Shown piece after piece: positions 56,768 through 64,000 of a DNA stretch of 64,000 bases. The DNA is taken from NCBI GenBank assembly GCA_963733055.1, contig CAVTBR010000002.1:320001-384000 (forward strand), read 5' to 3'. Source of the DNA: Candidatus Bathyarchaeota archaeon (lineage in GTDB: Archaea; Thermoproteota; Bathyarchaeia; 40CM-2-53-6). Position 1 is the first letter of the stretch; every line of letters starts with the position of its first letter. The notes beneath the pieces were generated by a model that was given only the letters and a program-made list of their open reading frames with translations, did no database searches and was not told where the DNA came from. The position numbers and the translations under genes were made by a program.

Positions 56768-57133
56768 TTGAGTGGGCGCGGCGTTTCTTGGTGGCGGGTA
56801 CAAATGCAGCGGAGAAGGACTGGGGCAGCGCGTTGTCGTTCGTATCCGCTAGTTTTCAGGTCGCATGAGCGGTCAACTCCTCATTTAGTCGAATTAATCT
56901 TGACCGTTGTCTTCGCTATTGTGTCGATCTTCGTATCTCACGTAGAGCCCTTTCTCAGCATTCTTGCGATAATTTGCCTACTGGTGTTGACTAGCCTAGC
57001 AAGAAGAGGAGTTGGAGTTCGACGATGGGCCTCACTTGATCTGAAGGAGACTGTGAGGATTTACGGGGAGAAGAAGACAACCCGGTTGATTGCCAGATTC
57101 ACTCGAGACATGCAGCGGTACGGCTCTCCGTAG
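56768..57133 (+). CDS. Hypothetical 2-TM protein or gene fragment
   Basis: Hydrophobic hairpin; start unclear. Confidence 0.3.
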   Translation: MSGRGVSWWRVQMQRRRTGAARCRSYPLVFRSHERSTPHLVELILTVVFAIVSIFVSHVEPFLSILAIICLLVLTSLARRGVGVRRWASLDLKETVRIYGEKKTTRLIARFTRDMQRYGSP

Positions 57134-57160
57134 GCAAAGGGTAAGTGTTCAAGAATGGAA

Positions 57161-57190
57161 CTGCGGGGGTTCAAATCCCATTGACCCCAC
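57161..57190 (+). repeat. Degenerate tRNA 3'-end copy (candidate attR)
   Basis: CTGCGGGGGTTCAAATCCCATTGACCCCAC vs 10430-10459 CTTCGTGGGTTCGAATCCCACTCCCCGCAC, 23/30 identical, ungapped. Confidence 0.6.
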
Positions 57191-57487
57191 GTTTGATCTC
57201 ATTCTATGCTTACTGGAGCGCAGAGAAACAGAAACGGCTCAAAATGCGGCGTCTAATAAGTCGCCCCACCGCACCACTACGGTGAGTTCCTCTCGCCCCA
57301 CCAGATTGCGGAGAGGGCACAGGTAATCTCCCTCGGGCATGCGATTTTACCATGAGTTCTCTTATGTTGAGAAGGCATTTGGAAAATCGTGATTGGCAGA
57401 AGTTTTGTGCACTTAGACTTCCTGGCGCCCTTTCCACACCAGAAAGAGCCCTATTGTCCAACCCGCAAGTGCCGCAATGAACTTGGA

Positions 57488-58165
57488 CTAGAAACGAAAT
57501 CCCGTCAATCTTCTCAGCCAAAAGAGAACGATCGGCATGTACCATAGGTAGATTCTGACGGGGTTGCCTAGAATCACGTAGGAGAAGACAGGTGCTGCAG
57601 AGATCAGCATGATTCCAGCTAAGATGAACATTAGATTTCTACCGTTCTTGTATAGCCTTAACAGGCGTGGGGCCCGCAATTTGGATTCTTTCTGCTCCAG
57701 AATCCAGTAGAAGAGCCCGAGCACTAGCAGCAATCCAAAGAGGTCAACAGTAAACAGAGTAGCTGCATAATTGCGAATTGCAAGATTCTCCGCAACGGTA
57801 AGCGAGGAATTAGAGAGCTCGACGGCGTTCAACAGGAAGGGGATTAGCGCGACTAAAAGTAGCATTACTACATTGAGCACCATGACTAACCTCGTCTCGA
57901 TGGGCAACACGGACATGGACGCCGTGTAGTTGATCCATATAGTAATCAGAATCAAGAATGCAAAGACAAACACGAGTATGTGGCTATTAATTTCCGAATT
58001 GGTGCTGGGCGGACTTACGACCAGAGATAAAGCGCCTAAAGAAAGCGAAAGCCCAAAAACCAGGTCAGCGAGCCCTTCAATCCTAGGCCGAGGAGGACGC
58101 TCTTTGAACTTCTGGGGCATGCGACCGTCATACTCTTGCCTTTCTCTAAACAGTTTCCTATTCAT
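57488..58165 (-). CDS. TMEM175 family (DUF1211) potassium channel
   Basis: RIEGLADLVFGLSLSL, F.ILI.IW, LN...LL.V.LIPF. Confidence 0.85.
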   Translation of the reverse strand: MNRKLFRERQEYDGRMPQKFKERPPRPRIEGLADLVFGLSLSLGALSLVVSPPSTNSEINSHILVFVFAFLILITIWINYTASMSVLPIETRLVMVLNVVMLLLVALIPFLLNAVELSNSSLTVAENLAIRNYAATLFTVDLFGLLLVLGLFYWILEQKESKLRAPRLLRLYKNGRNLMFILAGIMLISAAPVFSYVILGNPVRIYLWYMPIVLFWLRRLTGFRF

Positions 58166-58421
58166 AGTGCTAAGCAATACAGAAATCCAAATCCTGCAAG
58201 TAGGACGTAGTTTCTGGGATGTCGGAGAGTTGACATTGTATCGAACGTTGTTTTCCGAGAGGCGGGGTCGTGATAAAAGGATGATCTCAGGGGTTTCTAC
58301 GGCGTCGCGGACGAGGTTTGCTGTATTGCGAGTGTTCCGATGAAATTGCTCATGGCCTGTCTGGAGGGCTAATCGGCAGATCCTGCCGAAACTGAAGCAC
58401 ACTAATCATAAGTAGTGCAAC

Positions 58422-58808
58422 GTGAAGATTCCGGGTGGAATTGAATTGAGGCATATCAAGAAGCCGTGGGGGTCGTTTGACGAGTATGCGTTGAATGAAC
58501 GTTCGACGGTTAAGATACTCACAATAAACCCTGGCGCGAGGACAAGCTTACAATCACATCGACATAGGAAGGAATTGTGGGTGGCCCTTGACAAAGGCAT
58601 TCGGGTTGAGGTCGGAAAAGAAAGAGTACGGTTACGGAAAGGATCGAACATCTTAGCGAAGAGCGGAACGAAACACCGACTTGAATGCGAAGGAAGGTCA
58701 GCAGTTCGGATCCTGGAAATTTCATTTGGAGTTTTCGCTGAGAAGGACATTGTAAGGTATGAAGATGATTACGGCCGCGTTACCGGAAGAGGGTCACGTA
58801 AACGCTGA
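58422..58808 (+). CDS. Cupin, mannose-6-phosphate isomerase type II C-terminal-like
   Basis: KPWG, SLQSH.HR.E.W, HRL, EIS.G...E.DIVRYEDDYGR. Confidence 0.88.
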   Translation: MKIPGGIELRHIKKPWGSFDEYALNERSTVKILTINPGARTSLQSHRHRKELWVALDKGIRVEVGKERVRLRKGSNILAKSGTKHRLECEGRSAVRILEISFGVFAEKDIVRYEDDYGRVTGRGSRKR

Positions 58809-59130
58809 ATAAAACTCCTGAGTAACAGTATACTTCCAGGCAAGTTCTTCGAAAACCGCTCTCATCCTCTGACTGTGCCCACACCGCCATCAGTCAGGTT
58901 CGCCTAAAGCCCAGCCAATTCAATATTCGAATAGATTGACAAGTATCGCAATCCCGCCTCAAAACGGGAATGCTCTTCCTTTGAGGTTTGCGTGATCGTC
59001 GTATACTGGTATGACTCGTTCTGTTCAACCTCCTCGATTTGGAGGAGAATATTCCTGCCCTGGCCTCATATCAAGCGGCCTAACGTTAATTTGTGACTGA
59101 CTGAAGACCAACAATTAGGGGGGTACATGT

Positions 59131-59646
59131 TTGAGCCAACGGCGAAAGATTCGATTAAAAATGAAGAGCCCTGTCGAATCAGATAGAGTGTTCAAGCGGA
59201 TACTTATCGCAGTGGACGGATCGGAGAGCTCTTTCAGGGCAGCAAGAGTTGCGGCTAGAGTGGCAAAACGCAATGGAGCCGAATTGCTGGTTGTTTCCGT
59301 GATTCAAACACCTGCCCACCCATTCATGCCAACACAGGCTTTGACTGCTCCAGGCTGGAACATCGACGGATTGGAGGGATACTATAAGTTCGCCACGAGG
59401 GACGCTCAAGAGTGGATTGACAAAGTCGCATCTATAGCAACACCGCTAGGAGTGAAAGTTCGTGAGAACGTTCTCAAAGGCGCTACTTCGGTAGTTCAGG
59501 CTTTAACAGACTACGCATCAAGTCAGGCGGTTGATCTCATAGTTGTCGGGAGAAAAGGGTCAGGCGGCTTCAGGAGACTCTTGCTCGGCAGCGTTTCGAG
59601 CGGAGTTGTGAATCACGCGGCTAGCTCAGTGCTGGTAGTAAGATGA
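59131..59646 (+). CDS. Universal stress protein
   Basis: ILIAVDGSESS, DLIVVG.KG.GG...LLLGSVS..VV..A...VLVVR. Confidence 0.93.
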   Translation: MSQRRKIRLKMKSPVESDRVFKRILIAVDGSESSFRAARVAARVAKRNGAELLVVSVIQTPAHPFMPTQALTAPGWNIDGLEGYYKFATRDAQEWIDKVASIATPLGVKVRENVLKGATSVVQALTDYASSQAVDLIVVGRKGSGGFRRLLLGSVSSGVVNHAASSVLVVR

Positions 59647-59750
59647 CCGTCTCTTATTGGAGGTCAGCCTTTGGAAGGCTGAGGTAAGTCAAGGCATTCA
59701 TCCACTCACCTTTTGCAAGAGCTTTTTCTGTAAGACGATGTAAGTGTTGT

Positions 59751-61013
59751 GTGTTCGTTTTGTCCATAAGACTCGGCAGAATTATGGGGATCCCGATCAG
59801 GATCCACTACACGTTGTGGTTTGTTTTCATTCTAATCGCGTGGTCCTTGGCTGTAGGATATATGCCTCATGAGTATCCGGGGCTTGGCGCTGTGACGTAC
59901 TGGGCGATTGGTATTGCGTCGGCAATAATCCTATTCGCTTCCATCCTGGTTCACGAACTCTCCCATTCCTACATAGCTAAAAAGAATGGACTCCCGATCG
60001 CGCGAATCACACTCTTCTTCTTCGGTGGAGTCTCTGAGATTACCGAAGAGCCCCAGGATCCCAGCCTTGAGGTTCGTATGGCCGCTGCTGGTCCTCTGAT
60101 GAGTTTTCTGATCGCCGGCGTCCTGGGCGCTCTCTGGTACCTATGCGAATCCATCAAGGCACCGATTCCGATTGTGGCCACGCTCGGCTATGCTGCTTTG
60201 ATTAATGCGTTGTTGGGGGCGTTCAACTTGGTACCAGCGTTTCCGTTGGACGGAGGTAGGGTTTTTCGAGGAAGCATCTGGAAGCATTCAAACAATCTGG
60301 TCGGTGCTACCAAAACAGCGACGCGTGTTAGCGAGGGCATATCCTTGTTAATGATGTTTGGAGGATTCGTGTTCATAATCCTCGGAGATTTCATTGATGG
60401 CATTTGGATCATCGTACTCGGTTGGTTCATCAAGTCAGGCGCAGAAACTAGCCTCCGGCAGACGCTTGTTGGGGAATCGCTAGGGGGCGTTACGGTTGCG
60501 GACATCATGACTAGGGACGTCTTGACTGTTCCACCGAATATTACGGTCCAGCAGCTCGTTTCAGATTACTTGCTAGTTCACCGCCATGGAGGCTACCCCG
60601 TCGTAAGGGATGGTGAGGTTTTGGGCTTAGTTACCTTGCAGTCCGTGCGAGCCATTCCGAAGGAGAAGAGAGACTTTGAGACCGTTCAACAGGCGATGGT
60701 TCCAGCCGAGCGAACTCTGACGGTAAAGCCATCGGCGAGCGCGCTTGACGCTATGCACAAGATGGCGAGCAATAAGGTTGGACGAGTATTAGTGGTTGAT
60801 CAGGGACGACTACTAGGCGTCGTGACTCGGGAGGACGTGATGAGGACTGTTCAAACTAGACAGGAACTCGAGTTGGGCCCTAGTCGACCTTCCTTCGGTA
60901 TGGGATCTGCTCAATTCCCTCGAATCCAAGCGGGACACTGCGTTCAATGTGGTGTCCTGTTGCCAGCTAATGTCAAATTCTGCCCCGAATGCGGTACCAA
61001 ACAAGCACCATAA
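59751..61013 (+). CDS. Site-2 (M50) protease with a CBS pair and a C-terminal Zn ribbon
   Basis: HELSH, FNLVPAFPLDGGR, CBS repeats, CVQC...FCPECG. Confidence 0.93.
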   Translation: MFVLSIRLGRIMGIPIRIHYTLWFVFILIAWSLAVGYMPHEYPGLGAVTYWAIGIASAIILFASILVHELSHSYIAKKNGLPIARITLFFFGGVSEITEEPQDPSLEVRMAAAGPLMSFLIAGVLGALWYLCESIKAPIPIVATLGYAALINALLGAFNLVPAFPLDGGRVFRGSIWKHSNNLVGATKTATRVSEGISLLMMFGGFVFIILGDFIDGIWIIVLGWFIKSGAETSLRQTLVGESLGGVTVADIMTRDVLTVPPNITVQQLVSDYLLVHRHGGYPVVRDGEVLGLVTLQSVRAIPKEKRDFETVQQAMVPAERTLTVKPSASALDAMHKMASNKVGRVLVVDQGRLLGVVTREDVMRTVQTRQELELGPSRPSFGMGSAQFPRIQAGHCVQCGVLLPANVKFCPECGTKQAP

Positions 61014-61091
61014 CCACCACACGCCCGTGAGCCAACTCTCGTGAACCTCTTTCCCTGAAAAGGTGAAGGTTAAGTCTCCTCAAGATGATAT

Positions 61092-61400
61092 ATGGACAGA
61101 CAACGGGCAACATTATTGATAACTGAACAGGATGCAATACGCAATGCTATCGCGGCCTTCACCACGCTCCATGCCGAGGCTCAATACAGGGCCGGAGTTC
61201 GTGGGTTAGACCGCGGAGAATTGAACCTGAATGATATGAAATGCGTTCAGCGCGAGGACGGTGCTTGGATATGCACGCTCCCTCACCATCACTTGCCTCT
61301 AATGAATTTGGTCTACGAATTCTCCTACACCGTCAAGGACGACTTAGGAAGAGCCGAATATTCATGCAAGAACGCCAGCCTACCGGAGTCGAGCAAGTAG
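61092..61400 (+). CDS. Hypothetical protein
   Basis: 102-aa ATG ORF. Confidence 0.45.
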   Translation: MDRQRATLLITEQDAIRNAIAAFTTLHAEAQYRAGVRGLDRGELNLNDMKCVQREDGAWICTLPHHHLPLMNLVYEFSYTVKDDLGRAEYSCKNASLPESSK

Positions 61401-61784
61401 ACGGGTAATCCTCTGAGCGCAAGCTGGTCTTATGGCACAGCCAATATAGGATATTCTGGTTGCTGTTGCTGGATACACTGATCCAGCGACAGGCAAGAGA
61501 GACAATGTGCTTGAAACGGTTATTCGCAGTTTCGTAATACCTTTCTATGAATGTCTCAAGCTGTTAATTGAGAGCCTATGTCGAATGATCGAAGCGTGAA
61601 GGCAAACCTGGATGAGAGGGTGCCGAGTGCGAAGTTAGATGCCCTCATGAGGGCATGCAGAGAATTCAAGAGGCAAGATCTCTACAAACCGTTGAGTTAT
61701 ATTCTTAATCTGAACGTCAGGTGGTTGAGTAAGAATCTGGAGACATCATTGATGCAAAAACCTAGGCCACCCTTTTGAAGTCTT

Positions 61785-63092
61785 TTGCCTGTGCAATATG
61801 AATTGTCGGAGAGAAATTCTCTCGATCGGCACGCGGCTCTATCGGATAACGCGTCACCATCCCGGTTCTCGGGAGCACTTTCCCCTTCGTTGGGTAGCCA
61901 AAGGTATCACATTGAAACCACGCTCAAAGACCGGGTCATTCGTAATGGAGTTTCGAAGAGTAGACTAGGGGGCCGTCCCTCCAGTCTTCAACGCCTCGGG
62001 ATTGCGAGGGAAGACATTTGGAACCTTACCGCCCACGGGCTCACTAACGCCCAAGTGGCGAAACGTCTCACCAACTCCAAGGGAAGAATTAGCGTTCGAA
62101 CGGTGGCAAAATATCTTTCCGAAATGCCACATGATTACGCGGTTCGCCTAGATGATTTCGACGCGATGCCAGAGGTAGAGGAGTTAAGGAATTGGATTAA
62201 CTCCAGGTATTCGACTGCGAACAACGCAGATAACATCATCTCACGCCTGAAGAGAATATGGAAAGCCTGCTGGCGTAAGCCCCTTGAAAGCGTAGACGAG
62301 AACGACATAGTGAAAGCCGTCGCCTGGATCAGAGAGAAGCACCCAGACGGTCAATTCGATTGGATATTGTCGATTCGCTACATGATCCGGTCCGGGATCG
62401 GACAACCTTACTGGTTAACGAAACATTTAGACACTAGGGGGAAGAAACGACCGCCCCGAACGCTCGCGATTCTGAATTCCCCAGACTTCTTTGATAAGAC
62501 GCTGCCTTTGATTTACTCTGAAATAGACAAACTCACGTACCTTTCTCAAAGGCAAAGGAACGAACTACGGCTAGTTCTGCTGCTGAAAGCCACAACGGGG
62601 ATTCGAACTGGAGCAATGATACGTAGGCGAAAGCTCCTTGAACTGGAGTTGTGGGGAACTAGGTTAGGAGAGGGAAAGACAAACCTGCAGATTATCAACT
62701 GCCAGTTTGTCGATTGGATCGTAAGAGCGAAGAGGAATGAGACTTGGCATATCAAGTACATGCCCTCGAAAGTGATGCGTTTGTTACTCTCGCACGTGGC
62801 TAAGTATGGGATCGGACAGGGTGAACCGCTGATTCAGGAACTCAAGACGGTTCAAGCACTCAAGGCCCTGAAATGCATCTGTCGGAATCTAGCTTTGCCC
62901 AATCTGGTTCTGCACGACTTCCGAAAGGTCTACTTGACGGGGCTCTGTCTTTCGGGCATATCTCTTGAAACGGCTGTCGATCTCAATGTGGGCTGGAAAG
63001 ACCTGAACACAGCTAGAAACCATTACCTAGCTGTCAAAGCCATGAATGCCAATCAGGAATACGAGAAGTTCCAAAGGAGGTTCTTCAAATGA
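61785..63092 (+). CDS. Tyrosine recombinase with an N-terminal HTH
   Basis: TGIRTG (R), LHDFRK (HxxR), VGWKDLNTARNHY (W, Y); GLTNAQVAKRL...ISVRTVAKYL HTH; start probably downstream. Confidence 0.85.
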   Translation: MPVQYELSERNSLDRHAALSDNASPSRFSGALSPSLGSQRYHIETTLKDRVIRNGVSKSRLGGRPSSLQRLGIAREDIWNLTAHGLTNAQVAKRLTNSKGRISVRTVAKYLSEMPHDYAVRLDDFDAMPEVEELRNWINSRYSTANNADNIISRLKRIWKACWRKPLESVDENDIVKAVAWIREKHPDGQFDWILSIRYMIRSGIGQPYWLTKHLDTRGKKRPPRTLAILNSPDFFDKTLPLIYSEIDKLTYLSQRQRNELRLVLLLKATTGIRTGAMIRRRKLLELELWGTRLGEGKTNLQIINCQFVDWIVRAKRNETWHIKYMPSKVMRLLLSHVAKYGIGQGEPLIQELKTVQALKALKCICRNLALPNLVLHDFRKVYLTGLCLSGISLETAVDLNVGWKDLNTARNHYLAVKAMNANQEYEKFQRRFFK

Positions 63093-63526
63093 ATTGGGAA
63101 TTGCGATTTCCAGGGCTTCCTCTCCTAATTCTTCTCTTAGGCGTCTGAGGTCGCCGCTTGAATGCTGGGAGAAGAAAACGATGAAGTCAGCTTGCCCTGG
63201 CTCTATCGACTCTTTGGTGGGCTGGTGAGGTTCCCTCTCTGTTGCCTCGAAAAATAAATTGGCAGAGAGTCACCATGAGATCTTCGATTCGGTTCATGCT
63301 TTCTCATTAAGTTGGCTACTGCAAGCGAAACGAACGCGGGCAACCGACGGGCCGCATTCTTCACGCATGTACGCTCTTAAACAACAGTAACACAAACTCC
63401 GTTATTAGACCAATAATAGTCAAAGTGGTCTTTCGAAGACGCTCATGCGAAGCATAGTCAGTAAACATTCTCACTCTAAAATCATCGGGGAAATAAAAGC
63501 CAGCCGCACCACGCGAAAGTTGTTAA

Positions 63527-64000
63527 CTAGACCGTGCCTTGCCCCGCCATTAGGATGAACGCATCTTCGAGCGTAGGCGGTAATGTCACCACATCGTCTA
63601 CCTCATAGCCACGCTTTGAAAGCAACTTCAAGTCGCTATCCTTGAAACCGAATATGGGATATATTTTGTAGCCTAGTGAAGTCTCTCTGACCAGACCACG
63701 TATTGAGTAAGATCGAAGGGCCTGTCTGAAAACTCTCTGCTTTCGTCCACGGACCTCCTTAATTGCCCCTGATTCACATCTCATCTTTAGCTCGTTGACA
63801 GTTCCTTGAGCTATGAACCTACCACTGCAGATAAACCCAACCCTGTCCGCAATAGCCTCAACATCGTCGGCAATGTGGCTAGTCATAATTATTGTGCGAT
63901 CTTCACCTTTCAGGTCCTCAATGATTTCTATCAGCTCACGTCTGAAAATCGGGTCGACTCCATATCCCGGCTCATCGAGGATCAGGAGTTGAGGGTCTGC
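63527..64000 (-). CDS. ABC transporter ATP-binding protein, C-terminal part
   Basis: LLILDEPGYGVDP (Walker B / D-loop), TSHI switch; 5' end lies outside the window. Confidence 0.88.
   Translation of the reverse strand, partial: ADPQLLILDEPGYGVDPIFRRELIEIIEDLKGEDRTIIMTSHIADDVEAIADRVGFICSGRFIAQGTVNELKMRCESGAIKEVRGRKQRVFRQALRSYSIRGLVRETSLGYKIYPIFGFKDSDLKLLSKRGYEVDDVVTLPPTLEDAFILMAGQGTV

Larger units (their letters stand above)
10430..57190. mobile_element. tRNA-Leu-anchored composite genomic island (integrated virus/plasmid-like elements plus cargo)
   Basis: Starts at the tRNA 3' end and ends at a 23/30-identical copy of it; contains a tyrosine integrase, phage-type MTases, ParB, AbrB/RHH/wHTH regulators and many orphans; housekeeping-type genes resume after 57.4 kb. 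Confidence 0.72.

Noticed and set aside
10462-57190. Diversity-generating retroelement, retron or IS transposase in the island
   Set aside because: No reverse transcriptase motifs, near-identical TR/VR pair or full transposase with terminal repeats was seen
57269-57277. CCGCACCAC match to the tRNA 3' terminus
   Set aside because: The 9-mer also occurs near 52007 and 63504, so it is consistent with chance
62595-62612. GGGATTCGAAC (reverse-strand T-loop-like) inside recombinase 2 as an SSV-type att site
   Set aside because: No T-stem pairing; it simply encodes the catalytic GIRT motif

Overview
Archaeal chromosome segment, probably TACK lineage and Bathyarchaeia-like (inferred from the archaeal uS7-EF1a-uS10 cluster, a tRNA with BHB introns and the integrase C-terminal tail). 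Host genes fill ~1-10.2 kb (phospholipase C-type phosphoesterase, FAD oxidoreductase, MFS, rps7, tuf, rps10, PCD, frameshifted htpX, Zn-ribbon/SPFH operon) and ~57.5-64 kb (TMEM175, cupin, USP, M50-CBS protease, a second tyrosine recombinase, ABC ATPase). Between them is a ~46.7 kb island. It starts at a tRNA-Leu(CAA) carrying two introns and ends at a degenerate copy of the tRNA 3' end (57161-57190). The island looks like a composite of at least two related virus/plasmid-like cores, each with a paralogous divergent wHTH-like / Cys-rich gene pair, interleaved with cargo. I recognised no capsid, terminase or conjugation genes. Main leads: (i) a DNA-modification gene set with a GP88-ParB-MT-A70 triple fusion coupled to a Cys-rich N4C-type methyltransferase, a paralogous ParB-MT-A70 with a degenerate nuclease, and DUF4326-DUF5131-TcmP; (ii) a possible short-alpha2 histone-fold protein; (iii) three tiny AbrB paralogues, two with distinct 8-bp periodic operators; (iv) a repeat-rich origin-like region containing a 42-aa membrane ORF between direct repeats; (v) a perfect 15-9-15 inverted repeat. 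Several small frameshifts, one in host htpX, suggest possible assembly indel errors. All family calls come from motif recognition, not database searches.
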